Source of the DNA: the human T2T-CHM13v2.0 reference genome, Homo sapiens
Assembly: GCF_009914755.1 (NCBI RefSeq)
Contig: NC_060929.1
Reading direction: 5' to 3' (one strand)
DNA: 64,000 bases
A program made the translations under genes and the position numbers. Shown here one piece after another: positions 12,700-26,692 of this stretch; the first letter of the stretch is position 1; each line of letters starts with the position of its first letter. The notes beneath the pieces were generated by a model that made no database searches, had not been told where the DNA came from, and saw only the letters and a list, made by a program, of their open reading frames with translations.

Positions 12700-14345
12700 A
12701 GAAAGCAAACAAAGTAGATAGTAAAACACTAGTGTAAAAATTACAGAAGGCCCAGAAGACTCTCCGAGTTGAGGATACAGAGCTGAAAGTCCAACAACAC
12801 TAAGACAACTGGAATTTGCAAAGCAGAGTACCAAAAAGGAGAAAGCTGTATAGAGGGATGTGCAGTGTCCCCTCCTGTATTCAGCAGATTTGGATAGCGT
12901 GTGGGTGTGAAGAAACTGTTCTAGTCCAAGGAAAGAATCATCTTAAGGGATTAGAGGAATAGTGGCTAGTGCTTGCTCACATAGGGCCTTAGGAAGGTGG
13001 AATAAAGAAGTTTTCAGACATTGAAAAAAAAACTGAAATAACCAAAAGCACCTACAACCAAGAAATGTTAAAAAGAAGTCCTTCAGGCAGAAGGAAAATG
13101 ATACCAGGTAGAAATATTTTTCTATATGAAGGAATGAAGAGCACCAGAAATGAGGAGATGGAGCTTAAGATGCATAGATAAATATGTGAGATTTTTTTCT
13201 TATTATTTCCATCTCTTTAAAAGATAATTCACTGTTTAAAAATAATAATAAACTATTACAGGGTTTATAAGATATGTAAAGGTAAAATGTGTGACAACAA
13301 TAGTGCAAAGGCCAGGAAAAGAGAAATAGAAGTATGCTATTGTAAATGTCTTTTACAGAAAGTGATATGTGTGTCTCAGAAGTGAAGTGATGTAATATCA
13401 AAGGTAGAATATGATAATGATTGATACTATAAGCCTTAGAGAAACCTCTAAAATGGCTACAATAAAAAACAGTCAGAAAAGGAGATAAAGTGGAGTAATG
13501 GAAAATATTCAGGTAATCCAAAAGAAGGCAGCGAAAGAGGACAAAGGAAACAAAAACTGTATTGGAAAAAAAAGAAAATCAGCAAGACAATAAGTTGGGC
13601 CTAACCATATTAATAATCACACTAAATGTAAACACTGTAAACATTTTATTTAAACAGAAAGGATTGCCAGATCTGATATAACATGCAAGAACCAGTTAAA
13701 TACTACCAATAAGAAACACATTTTAGGCCAGGCACAGTGGCTCATACCTGCAATTCCAGCACTTTGGGAGGCTGAGGCGGGTGGATTGCTTAAGGTCAGG
13801 AGTTTGAGACCAGCCTGGCCAACATGGTGAAACCTTGTCTCTACTAAAAATACAAAAATTAGCCAGGGTGGTGGCACATGCCCGTAATCCCAGGTACTCA
13901 GGAGTCTGAGGCAGGAAAATTGCATGAACCCTGGAGGCTGAGGTTGCAATGAGCCAATATGGCACCACTGCACTCCAGCTGGATGACAGAGCCAGACTCC
14001 ATTACAAAACAACAACAACAACAACAACACATTTTACATATAAAGGTTAATAGACTAAAAGTAAAAGAAAGTGGGAAATCATGCTTACACTAAAAATGGC
14101 CTAGAAATTTGATAGTTAGATGAAATGGACAAATTTCTTATAAAAAAATCACAAAGATCTCTCGAGGTAATATAGAATCTAAACAAGACTTTATCTACTA
14201 AAGAAATTGAACTTTCCGTTTAAAACCTTCCCATAAAGAAAAAGTGGTGAATTCTACCAAGCATATAAGAACTAATACCAATTCTAAACAAATTCTTTCA
14301 GAAAATCAGAAGTGATTCCAACTCATTCTATGGTGCCAGAATTAC
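12700..14345 (+). mobile_element. Fragmented old L1M, interrupted by an AluS at 13726-14027 with a (CAA)n tail
   Basis: A-rich ORF1-end, inter-ORF and ORF2-like pieces (e.g. tagatgaaatggacaaattt, ccaactcattctatg). Alu TSD aacacatttta. Confidence 0.7.
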
Positions 14346-14575
14346 TCATCATTTATCTGGACCTCATCATAGTATCCACCCCAAATTACCTTTTATCCTT
14401 GTGATTATGATAAATAAATGTGTGTTAATTGATGGTAACTATTAGTATAGTTGAGACAGATAATTCTTTTTGATTGAATGACTATAACAAAACAATGACT
14501 GAATAACACATTAGTGTCAACATAGAGAAAGAACTGTAATAAATGCCGAGAACATGTATTAGGATAAGCTATCAA

Positions 14576-14816
14576 GAATGTGAGGGCCATCTGGCTGCAA
14601 CATCTTTCACCCCATTGATCATCAGGGTTGATTTGGCTGATGTGGCTGGCTAGGGGGGTGTCCCCTTCCCTCCTCACCGCTCCATGTGCGTTGCTCTGGA
14701 AGCTGTGTCCTGGGTCTAAGAGGACAACCATCTCTAGCAGAAGAGGGCGGGTCTTCCCTCAAGAATATAGGAGTAGCTGTGCTTCCCTGCTAGGACCTCC
14801 AAACAAGCTCTCAAGG
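14576..14816 (+). pseudogene. 7SK snRNA retropseudogene, nt ~1-240, 3'-truncated and without a tail
   Basis: gaatgtgagggccatctggctgcaacatctttcaccccattgatc...cctccaaacaagctctcaagg is colinear with 7SK RNA. Flanking direct repeats aggataagctatcaa / aggacaggctatcaa. Confidence 0.95.
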
Positions 14817-15732
14817 ACAGGCTATCAAACAATCCCATGTGGTAAAAACAATAAATAATGGCTCTCCTGGAACGTTTTCCTTCAAATTATGAATTCATGG
14901 ATCCATCTTCCTCCCGTTTTCTGATTCTCTCATTTCAGAGTTATTTTCTCCCTGCAAGTAAATTGGGGACAGGGTGAAGATCTTCATGCTAGATGTTTCT
15001 GCCCAGCACTGAAATATATCATATGGTATTTTTGCCCATATGCCACTGACCAAAACTTAGTCCCTTGCCCTACCAAGATATTAGAGGGGTTGGTTATGTA
15101 GTTGTCCTGTATGCCAGGAGGAAAATAAAATAACTTGGTCAACACATAGCAATGTATCTGCCATAAATATTATAAATACTTTGTATAAGAGCATCAGGAC
15201 CAAACAGGCTAAAACCATGATTCATATCTAACAAGCTGATATAGGTTAAAAAAATTTTTACAAATCAACTTAAATCAAAACTGTAAGATAAGAGAGATTT
15301 ATCTAAACATCAGCAAATTAAAACATAGGTCAAAAATAAATAAATGTGAAGGACATTAATTAAAGTATTGAATCCAGGTTAATATTTTTCTCTCTATCTG
15401 TGCCATTCAGACTATCCCAAAATATTATATAGAATTATAAATGTTGCACTAAAAGAACCATTGACTAATGGGAGCAAGTCCAATAATAACGTAGTAAAAA
15501 TGAAAAAAAATTGAAATTTGTCATATGAAAATTAGTTGAAATAACTTGAAATTTTATCCTAAAGAAAATATGTAGTGGTTAACATGATAGTTTTCGTAAA
15601 ATATTTGAGTAGGGGCATCGTTTAATACAGTTATCAGACTTATTTTTTATGAATCTTAAGATTAGTACAAGTGCCTTGTATATAGAAGGAAAATATGGGC
15701 TCAATATAAAGAAAATTCCTTTATAAATAGAG

Positions 15733-16329
15733 CAATTGTTCTCAAAATGTGATCCAGGAACCCCCAAGGCAACTAAGACTTTCAAGGGGTCTGCAAGTTC
15801 ATAACTATATTAAAAATAATACTAAGATGTTATTTGCCTTTTAGACTCTCATTTTCTTACATAAGTCACTGTAGTATCTGCAATAAAAAAATTTTTAAGA
15901 AACAACAAAACAATCATTTTCTTACAAGTGTGCAGTGGAGTTTTCCAGAGGCTACCTGACATGTTGTGTCACAAAAAAGAAAACATAAAAACCCTTTATT
16001 AAGATAGAAATTAAAAAGATTTTTTAAAGAGATAAACCATTCCATTCTTCTCACTATAATTTTTGAAAATATAATTTTTTAATTTAAAAAGTGTTCATAT
16101 ATAATGGGTTTATTATTGGTAATTAATTTAGTATTAAAACAACTCATTTAATTTCTAATATAATAAGTATCAATGGCTATACTCCGTTAAATAAAAGTTC
16201 TTTGGGATCTTCAATAAGTTTTGGTTTTGTTTTGTTTTGTTTTTTCTTTACAAAACATGAGCTAGGAAAGACTCAGTAAGTTCTAAGAGTAAAAAGGGGT
16301 ATGGAGACCAAAAAGTCTAAGATCCAGCG
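15733..16329 (+). mobile_element. hAT-Charlie family DNA transposon fossil
   Basis: caattgttctcaaaatgtg terminus, with internal ataatactaagatgttatttgcctt and gtgtgcagtggagttttccagaggctac typical of Charlie/MER119-like elements. Confidence 0.6.
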
Positions 16330-16991
16330 AAGTAGAGCTATACAAAATAGGATTGACTGCCTTAATACATAATGAGTTGTCTATCACTAGAGTAGCTAGC
16401 TGGTCAGTTATTAGAGGTATTGTGTGAGGCATGCAAACCACAGGAATTGGGTTGGAAACCCACTGAAGCCTACTCCAAAACTAAAATTTAATGATGCTTA
16501 AACTCTGTAATCATTGATTAATTTTATAAAATACTGATAAGAACATAAAGTTAGTTAAAATTTTTGTCAAAAATCTACTGTGTCAGAGCCATAATTAGAA
16601 TTCTCTTGTCTTTCCACTACACCACTTTTATTCCTTCCCCAAATCTTATTCCTTTAGTTATCAACCTTACATCTACCTCTAGGCCTTGGCCAGGCAAACA
16701 AATAGACTGTTCTGTCCTAACTGGAACCATTCATGAGCTCAGCATCTAAGATGTTTGTTGGTTTCCATCACCTTCCTTTCTCAGCACTCCTTGACTGAAT
16801 CAAACATAGACCTCTCAGTCTTCTGATGTGCTGTTTGTTTACCTTGACTCTTGCTCTCTATGTATGTCCAAGGCATTCAAAGTATATATTAGCAAAGAAA
16901 GACAAAGATTCAGTCCTGGGATGTGGGTGGGAAGTAAGAAAACAAGAATGAAGCAAATGAAAACAATACCTAATTTTGAGATCATCTATGG

Positions 16992-17341
16992 CAGCGGTCC
17001 CCAAGTCCCCAATCTTTTTGGCACCAGGGACCAGTTTTGTGGAAGACAATTTTTCCATGAACGTGGGCAGGGATGGGGGTGCAGATGATGGTTTGAGGAT
17101 GAAACTGTTCCACCTCAGATCATCAGGCATTAGATTCTCATAAGGAGCGCACAATCTCACATGCAGTTCACAACAGGGTTCAGGGTTCCCGCTGTTATGA
17201 GAATCTAATGCCCCACTGATCTGACAGGAGGTGGAGCTCAGGCAGTAATGCTAGGTCTCCCACCACTACCACCTCCTGTGCAGTCCTGTTCCTAATAGGC
17301 CATGGCCCAGTACTAGTCCCTGGTCTGGAGTTGGGGACCCC
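16992..17341 (+). mobile_element. MER1B-like hAT-Charlie MITE
   Basis: cagcggtcccca...tttttggcaccagggaccagttttgtggaagacaatttttcca...gttggggacccc with inverted termini. Confidence 0.88.
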
Positions 17342-18356
17342 GAACTATTGGATGAGATGTCATAAAACACTAAGGCACATACAATTGGACACCAACAAAT
17401 AATTTCCCAAATAACAGGCCTGAATATAAAAGGTATACTAAATGGATGTCCTGCAAGACTTCCTAAAGAAATCAGTGAGTATAGAATTTTATGAGCACAA
17501 AAAATGTTGTAAGCATGGACATTAATTAGTTGCTGTGATGTATTTGTCATAATATTCAAGCATGATTGTTGTGTCAATGTTTTGGAATCAATTACATATT
17601 GTTTTAAGATTTTCATGGTTCAGAAGTTTATACCTGTATTTCTTTGGGAAAAAAAAAAATCAAGGCTATAGCCAAAATTCTGAAGTGAAATTAAGGCAGC
17701 AAAATAAAACTGCCTACTGGATATTTGAGATGATAGCAGCCAGGAGAGGCTGATCTGGAAGTTGGTTTCCTACTGCCAGTAGGTGCCCTGGAGAAAATTT
17801 CAATAATCTCCAAACATTTTTGCAATTAGTATCTGGATATTTAGAAAGAAAAGGACCCATTTATTCTGATCCCTGCTTCTTACGTAGTAGATACAGAAAT
17901 GTTGTGGGGTTTTTTGAGTCCTAAAACAGCAAAGACCAGAATACCAGTTTGGATATTTTTAAGAGAACGGATTGAACAAAGAGAATAACACAAACTTGGC
18001 ATTGTCATATAATTTGAACCTCACATAAAAATGTCAAGATTTTTAAAATACGGCTGTTTTGATAGAAGGCAAAACACAAATACTTAAAAACCTTAATAAA
18101 TAAAATTTTCTTTTAATCTCAGGTCTACTTGCACAAGGAACGTAAAATATACCACTCAAATAGCAATTTCACTGATTTTCAACTTAAAATAAATAAAATT
18201 AAACAATAAAGAAAGAAGAAGGAAAGAAATTTCATGTCTTTGTACCCAGCTATTCAATAATACACACTTATTTAGCAGTTATACACTTATCAATACTCAC
18301 CAATACACTTAGGTGTTGGAAATGTTCTGTGTCATAATTGTGGTTACATGACTATA

Positions 18357-18957
18357 CAGTAAATCCTCACTTAGGGTTGTCCATGGGCCCTTGGAAACCG
18401 TGACTGTAAGCCAAACGAGGTATAAGGAAACCAGTTTTGCCTTAGGCTAGTTGATATAAACAAGTGATAAGTTCCTGCCCATGTTTCTGATTACAGAAAC
18501 ATCAACAAACTTCTAAACAAAGACCAAAATATTTCTAATGTTAAATACTGAAAAAAAGTGAGTTATACATATGTATAAGAAAGATTAATAAAAACAAAAG
18601 ATAATTATTTATAGCTTATTCCAGTTCAGGGTAGTGAGTGGTCAGAGCCTGTCCTGGCAGCACAGGGGCAAAGCAGGAAGCAGCCCTGGACAGGATCCCA
18701 TACCCCCGCAGAATGCGCTTGCAGGTTCATTCACACTCACTCAGACAGGCACCACTGAGACACTGCAGTTCACCTAACCAGCATGGCTTTCTGATGTGGA
18801 AGAAAACCGAGGTATCCAGAGAAAACTCACACAGACATGGAGAGAAAGTGCAAACTCCACACAGGGGCTCCAGCAGGGAGTTATTTTTTTCTTTTTTTCT
18901 CATCAATGTCATAACAAAATGATGGTGAACAAAGTGACATTATTCAAAGATCTGCTG
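18357..18957 (-). mobile_element. MER82-like TcMar-Tigger element inserted into an old L1M 3' end (~18310-19030)
   Basis: cagt...ctg termini with TA on both sides. The L1M 3' sequence resumes after the element and ends in aataaaa. Confidence 0.8.
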
Positions 18958-19119
18958 TATTCTTGCAAATTTCATCAAATTATACCCATAAAATTGGTGA
19001 GCTTTGTGTGTAAATTACACCTAAATAAAACAGATTTTTAAAAATCTGTTTGAATTTAGTAAAAAGGCAAACTAGGCACCATATATTTCAAAAGGTCTTA
19101 ATGCATTATCTCAATATCT

Positions 19120-20200
19120 ACACTATTGATGCCTTGCCATTTGCTGGCTTTGTGACATCGGGCAAATTATTCCACTTCTCTTAATTTCCTTTTCTGTAAA
19201 ATGGAGAAAATAGCAGCTGTGGTATAGGACCGTGGTGTGACAATTAAGTGAGTTAATTCATTAATATGCGTGGCAGAATGTCTGGCACATAAGAAGGACT
19301 CCATTCAGTTATTCATACACTCTTAAATTCATGATCTACTACATGGAAATTGTTTTACCAAGGCCTTGGTATACAGTGGAGGATAAAATAGATAACATCC
19401 TTGCACTTATGGAGCTCTATATCCTAGCTTGGGGGAAAACTATTCATAGTAAAAATGAAAGTACCTGAAGATAACTGTATCTGCTAGGCAAGCAATCAAA
19501 ACAGGTGCACATGGTAGAGAGAGACCAGATGGTTTCTTTAGTTGGAGTGGTAAGGAAAGGTCTGTCTAGGAACTAACATTGAAACTGAGATCTGAATGGG
19601 GAAAATTTAAAGACAGGCTGCACAAACCTGAAGGGATTTGTTAGCCAAGGCAAACTGTGCTTTTGTCCATTAGGGTCACAGGAACATTTGGAAACTTTTA
19701 AGCAGATAAATGACTATTTAATTCATGCTTTAAAATACTAACATGGCTCCTGCGTGGCACTGGATTTGGGAAGCCCAAGAACCTATCAGGAAATTGTATT
19801 AGGTTCAGCTGTGAGTTACAGAAAAGAAACAAAATCATATTATTTTGAAACACAATATAAGTTTATTTTCTTTTCAAGAGGTCCAGATGTAACCAGTTCA
19901 TGGTGTTATGGTAGTCCAAGGAGTCAGAGATTCATGCTCCTTCTACTCTATTGTTCTACCATATGGGGTTTCCACTTGCCAAATTAATTTTTGGTGCAAA
20001 ATGACTCCTGAAGCTCCTGCTATTAAATTACATCTGAATTTCATCCAATAGGAAGAAGGAAAAGAATGAAAAAGGACACTACCTGGAAGTTGCACACGCC
20101 ACATTTGTTTACATCGCTTAAGCCAGAAATCAGTCACACCTGGCTAAAGGAAAGCCTGTAAGGTAGTGTTTATTATAAGCAGCCATGTGGCTCAGTAATA
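19120..20200. mobile_element. MIR, L2 and MLT1 fragments
   Basis: MIR core (gtgacatcgggcaaatta, tttctgtaaaatggag), L2-like gcacttatggagct, and MLT1-like sequence from ~19797. Confidence 0.55.
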
Positions 20201-20424
20201 ATCTAGATTTGAATTACAAAGGAAGAAAGGATAAATTATATTTGGAAGATGGTGGTAAATAACAATAACTTAGACTAAAAGAGGAGGATTCACAGTGGTG
20301 GTGAAAGAAAGATTGCTGGGTGGGCCTCTTCTTTCTAATGGAACTATGCTGTAGTGTGCAGATTTCTCCTTTGGGATTGTATAGTGTTATACAGCAGATT
20401 GCTCCCACCCCCCCACACTTTTCC

Positions 20425-20722
20425 TTCTTTTTTTTTTTTTTTTTGAGACAGGGTCTCATTCTGTGCCCAGGCTGGAGTGTAGTGGCATAATCTCTGCCCA
20501 CTGTGGCCTCATCCACCCCAGGCTCAGGTGATCCTCCCACCTCAGCCTCCCGAGTAGCTGAGACTAGAAGTCTGTACCACCACGCCCAGCTAATTTTTAA
20601 TTTTTTTTTGTAGAAATGGGGTTTCACCATGTTGCCCAGGCAAATCTCGAATTCCTGGGCTCAAGTGATCTGCCTGTCTCCGTCTTTCAAAGTGTTGGGA
20701 CAGCCATAAGCCACCGTGCTTA
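20425..20722 (-). mobile_element. AluJ
   Basis: Poly-T followed by gagacagggtctc; diverged dimer. Confidence 0.9.
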
Positions 20723-21013
20723 TGATTCTCTACCCAAGGATGCAGTTCCTATTGCTAGCCCTTCTAACAGCTAAATGCTCTAGCAGGTTTCTACCACTAC
20801 TGCCTCTATTACCCTTCAGGCTTCCTAGTGGAGAAGCCCTCCTGCTGACCCTAGCTCCAAGGCCTTCCACCTTCTTTTGATGGACTCATGTAACCAAGGT
20901 ACATAGAGGCATTCAAGAAGTCTGGGAAATACCTGAAGTCACATAAAAAACTTAGTATTTATGTGAATTTCTTCAAAACAGGTTTGTACCTATCATCAAA
21001 ACTTTGAAGTTTT

Positions 21014-21135
21014 GAAATCCAGAATGAGATACAGAAAAGTTTGATTATATCTCTACCCCCCAAAAGTTAATATTTACTGGTTTAGAACCAGTTTTGAGAT
21101 ATAATCAAACTTTTCTGTATCTCATTCTGGATTTC
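21014..21135. repeat. Perfect 40-bp inverted repeat with a 42-bp spacer
   Basis: gaaatccagaatgagatacagaaaagtttgattatatctc (21014-21053) is the exact reverse complement of 21096-21135. Confidence 0.97.
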
Positions 21136-21687
21136 TGAGATTTCTCAAGAGGAAGATACTTCAAAACCCCAAAGGCTTTTTGCTAAATGTTCTCATCCAA
21201 AACATCATTTCGAAGAAGGAAAGAAAGAACAAAGAAGGGAAATGTTGCCTCCAGGTGAAAGAACTCCTTTGGATACTTGCCTTTTTCTATCAGGTTCTTA
21301 AGGTTTTACAGTATGCCCCAACCAAAATAGTGTGAAACCAGGGGTACAGATGTGCAAATGATTTGGGCCCATGAACTAAAACTCCTAGAAAAGGACACTC
21401 AGTATTTAGCTTTTAAATACATGAATAAAGGTCAGGCCTAAAGAGCCATAAATTCAGTCTCATAAAAATCAAGAAAATTTAACTAATATTTATTAGGCAC
21501 TTTATTTTAAAATCACATCTTCTTTACATTTCCCATTTCAATAAGAAAAGAGCTTCAGCTGAACAGTCACTTTGGTGAAGTCTTCCCTCAGTAGCCTCAT
21601 CTCAGTAAATGGCCTCACTAAAGCCAGAATGCTGATTTAAAAAAAAAAAAAAAACCCTTGACTATTCGTGTTTCCTCATATCTCATA

Positions 21688-22102
21688 TGTGATGGTTAAT
21701 TTTATGAGGCTCCATGTCCTAATTTGACTGGGCCAAGGAGTGCCAAAATATTTGGAAAAACATATTCTAGTGTGTCTGTGAAACTGTTTCTGGATGAGAT
21801 TAACATTTGAATCAGTAGACTGAGTAAAGCGGATTGTCATTCCCAATGTGGGTGGGCCTAGTCCAATCAGATGAAGGCCTGAATAGAACAAAAAGACTGT
21901 CCTATCTGCAAGCAACAGAGAATTCTCCAGTAGACTGCCTTTGGACTTGAACTGGACATCAGCTCTCCTGGGTCTCCAGCCTGCTGAACCCACCCTGCAG
22001 ATGTGGGACGTGCCAGTCTCCATAATGTGTGAGCCAGTTCCTGTTAATAAACTTCTTTCTACACACACGCACACACACACACACAGAGATAAAGAGAGAG
22101 AG

Positions 22103-22133
<31 letters not shown>

Positions 22134-22170
22134 TCCTATTGGTTTTGTTTGTCTAGAGAACCCTAATATA
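21688..22170 (+). mobile_element. MLT2 (ERVL) solo LTR containing a (CA)n/(GA)n microsatellite at ~22061-22132
   Basis: tgtgatggttaattttatg...gatgagattaacatttgaatcagtagactgagtaaagc...ctagagaaccctaa. Confidence 0.85.
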
Positions 22171-22429
22171 TTAATCCATCAACAAGCACTTTTTATACTA
22201 GCTCCAAGGTATGTCCTGTATCCATATACTTTGTTCCTTACTGCCATTAAACTCTTTAAGTTACCTGTCTTCTGTTTAAACTACTCTAATAGCCTTTTAT
22301 GGCTCCTTAAATTCTACAGGTTTTTTTTGTTTTTTTGTGTTTTGTTTTTTGTTTTTGCACATAGAACCATAGTGAGTCCTTTAAAACATGAGAAACATTT
22401 AAATATCAATATAAAAATTCTAAGAATGG

Positions 22430-23350
22430 GTTATAATTCAATAAAAAATAAAATATGTGAATATATACCAATATAAATAAGTAAATAAACAATAAATGAA
22501 GGAAAAGGGAAAGCCCTTCCGCACAATAAAATGCCAATTAATAATACAGAAAAAAAAATGGACTTAGAAGATGCTAAAACTAGTGGGTGAAAGATTGATG
22601 AACAGGATATTACATAATCTCAAAATATCCCTCCACAAATTATATACTAATTATAAAAAAAAGTGGAAGAATACTATAGTGATTATCTTAATCAAGTTAT
22701 CAAAACTAATATCACAGTATTGGAACAAACTGATATTGATGAGTCTTAATATGCACTGAGAAGGATACCGTGCCTCTGTGTGGCATTCTTGACAAAAACG
22801 CATAGCCTGAATCAAATAATAAGAAATTATCAAACTCAAATTAAGAGGCATTCTACAAAATAACTGTCCTGTATTCTTCAAAATTGTTTAGGTCAAGGAA
22901 AGGCAAAAAAAGACTGAAAAACTGTTCAGATTGAAGGCAGCTAAAGAAACATCACAGCTAAATCCAAAACCAGAATTCTATTATGAATGCTGAACCAGGA
23001 AAAACAGATATAAAATATATTAGTGGGAAAATTGACAAAATTTGAATATAGGCAGTGGATTAAGTAATAGAATTATAATATTAAATTTTCTGATTTTGAT
23101 AATTATATTGTGATAATGTAAGAGAATGTTTATATTATTAGGAAACACATACTGAAGTTTTTTAAGTAAAGAGATGTGATATCTCAAATTTACTTTTAAT
23201 ATATTGGTAAAGAATAGGAAACTGTAAATGTGACAAAATATAAATAATTGGAAAGACCAAGTAAATGATATGTGAAATTTCCTTGTACTATTCTTGTAAC
23301 TTTTCTGTAATTTTTCAATTAGACCAAAATTTGAAAATATAAAATTTGAA
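22430..23350 (+). mobile_element. L1MC-type 3' region
   Basis: ctcaaattaagaggcattctacaaaataact, attgtgataatgtaagaga, ttgtactattcttgtaacttttctgtaa and an A-rich end. Confidence 0.7.
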
Positions 23351-24004
23351 AAAAAAGGACCTTTCATAAAACCATCCAGTTCTTTCCATCATACACAGAA
23401 TAAAATAAAATGCCATTCCCATGGCCCACAAAGCCCTATATATTTAGCCCTTGCCTACCTCTCCAACCTTATCTCATACTACTTTACCCTTTTCTCAATA
23501 TACTTTATTATAAGGATGTTCTGTTCCTTCCTTCAACATGACAAACTCTTTGCTATCTTTAGCCTTTGAATTTGCTATTCTCTCAGGATCTTGTAAAACT
23601 GATGTTTTCTCAAATCCAACCTCAGGATAAATGTTATCTCACAGAGGCTTTCTCTGACTTGATTGAAATGGTCATACCCATACAGACACACACACACACA
23701 CACACATTCTCTGTCATCTTGTCCTGCTTACTTTTCTTGTATCTTTTAAAATAATTTAGATATTTTTTTACTTATTTATCATTATCTCTTTCCTAAACCA
23801 GAATAGCTTTATACTTCCAGTTCTAGCACAGTTAGGGTGCAATAAACATGTGTTAAATAAAATGAATCAGTGTGAAAGTGATCCACAAAATAGGTATCAT
23901 TGTACGAATCATTATGATAGCTACCGTTTATTTCAACAGTAACATGCTAAGTCCTTTATCTTAGCATGTTATTGTGTCCTAACCTTCACCCCACACCTTC
24001 CATG

Positions 24005-25140
24005 ATGTGGCAAACAGCTTCTAAAATGGCTGTCAATGAAACATGCCTCCTGGCACTCATGCCCTGTGTCATCCTCTCCCCTTGTGTGTGATGACTGGAC
24101 CTAGTAACTTATTTGTAACAAACAGAATATGTCAAAAGTGGTGAGATGACAAAAAAAAATAGTAACTTTATTGAAGTGAAAATGGGTAGATATGACCTTG
24201 ACCATCATCAAAGTCAACAGCACTAGTAATACATACTGACATCATGTACTCCATGATATGATACAAAGGGCAAACCACTTCTGTGTTATCCCTCCTGTAA
24301 TGCAAAATTTCAGCCTAACTCTGAAAAAATATAAAGCAAACCTAAATTGAGAGGCATTTTACAAAGTAACTACCAGTCCTTCTCAAAATTATCAAGATTT
24401 TGAAACACAAAAAAACTTTAGGAATGGTCATAGATCAAAAAGACTAGGAAGACATGACAACTAAATGCAATGTGATGTGGGGGATTAGATCCTTGGAACA
24501 GAAAAAATGTTTCCACTGGTAGAGAAAATGGTGAAACCTGAGTAAAGTTGTAATTTAGTTTTATAAAAAAAAGTTACAGGAAGTCAATTTCCTTTTTTTT
24601 TTTTTTTTTTTTTTTTTGAGACAAGGTCTCACTCTGTCATCCAGGCTGGAGTACAGTTGTGTGATCTTGGCTCTCCTGGGCTCAAGCGATCTTCCTACCT
24701 TGATATTCCAAAGTGCTAGGATTACAGGCATGAGCCACTGCTCCTGGCCTCTGGCTCTTCTTGCTTACTGCTCTGATGAAGCAACTTCCATATGAGCTGT
24801 CCTGTGGAGAGGCCCACATGGCAAAGAACCAAAGGATTCAGTGACTGAGGAACTGAATCCTTCCAACAACCTTATTAGTGGGCGAGGAAGAAGATTCTTC
24901 CCTACTTAAACATTAAGATGACTACATTTATAGCTGACACATTGATTCCATTCCTGGGACACCCTGAGCCACAGAACTCAGACAGACTGCATCCAGATTC
25001 CTAATCCACAGAATCTGGGATGATAAATGTTGTTTTAAGTCACTAAATTTTGGGTTAACTTGTTACACATTAATAGTTGTTGTTTTAAGCTACTAAGTTT
25101 TAGATTAATTTGTTATACAGTAATAGATAACTAACACACA
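24005..25140 (+). mobile_element. MLT1 LTR interrupted by an L1MC fragment (~24150-24570) and an internally deleted Alu (24592-24749, minus)
   Basis: tgtggcaaacagcttctaaaatggc start; tgtggagaggcccacatggcaaagaac; end taatagataactaacaca with a ~50-bp local duplication at ~25028-25130. Confidence 0.7.
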
Positions 25141-25413
25141 TGGTTCTGTATAATTATTGTCTCTATTTTTACAATGAGGCAAGTGGTTTAAAGAAGTTAG
25201 ATAACTAGTCCAAAGTTACTTAATTAAGCGACAAACTGGAATTTAAACCTGGGCTCTCAGAGACCGTTTATGGTCCGAGTCACTGCATTATAATGCACTC
25301 ACAAGGCCCTGTACAATAGTAGTTATATTTTTACTAATGAAATTGTTCTAAGCCAGGATAAACTTTTACAAAGCATCTGAACCTATTGCCAAATAAATTT
25401 AAGAAAAAAATGC

Positions 25414-25730
<317 letters not shown>

Positions 25731-26692
25731 AATACTTCTTAACATCTGTGTCAAAGTAATACTATGTTTTGGGGAGTGGTTATTCACCATAATCCAAATA
25801 ATAATATTAAGTAATCTTATTTAACTAGTAAATTCTTTCAGCTACTTTAAGGTACTTTTGAAAATAGCATTTAGTGGGCCTAATAATGATAGATAAAATC
25901 ATTCTATAAGAGTCGGTAGTGATTTAGAGGAATTTCAGGGCTGATCAAGGCAAATGATATGACATGAGCTTTATTTAGGCAACATTTTGACAGGAATGCA
26001 TGTGGGCAAAGTCCCCCACAGCATGATACCATCCAAAGGCTATATAGCACTTGCGAGGGTAAGGGATGAGGGCAAGGGAACTCAGAGGGGAGAGGGGATC
26101 ATAGAGAGGTATTGTGTGTAGGTAATGTTACGCAGCACTCCAGCAGTGAGTCTGGGTCAGAGAGCTACAAAAGGCAGAAGCAGCTTGGGATATTTCATAG
26201 CTACAGGGTTGATCTTATCTATGGCTAGCAGATGTTGGGCAGTTTCCTGTGATATACAAAGCAGGCAGGCTCTAATTGGCTAAACATTTATTTGGGCTAT
26301 GTTGAAAACAACTGGATATGTAAAAATTTGAGTTTGCCACTGGTAGGCTTTTGAGCTCACATATTGTAGACTGCTGTGAAGAAATAAACCAGCTAAGGGT
26401 CATCTTTTACTCATTCATGTAACAGATTCACACTAAAGTTCATCTACAATTGACTTGGTCAAATGACAACAACTTACCTTTAAAAGCTAGCCTGATATAC
26501 AAGAATAACTTTTAGTTCTCTGGCAGGTAACTGAATTGTCAAATAAGTATTTGTTTAGGCATGAGAGGCTCAAAACAGAAAATTATTGGCCTATTGCCAG
26601 GCATTGTTGTAGACTGCCCTGGGAACTTCCAAGAGGAGGTGGGATTACCTCTAGACAAAAATAAACAACCTTTTTAATACATATAGTTGCAT

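Noticed and set aside
14588-14642. Apparent compensatory pair in the 7SK copy (G13C with C67G, CAUC/GAUG)
   Set aside because: The established helix pairs GAUC 42-45 with GAUC 64-67, and C67G breaks it. A 13-16/64-67 pairing would be only 4 bp without flanking support, so coincidence in a diverged pseudogene is more likely.
25910-26425. LTR-like segment ending in tgtaaca
   Set aside because: Probably an old ERV LTR, but I could not assign a family or boundaries with confidence.
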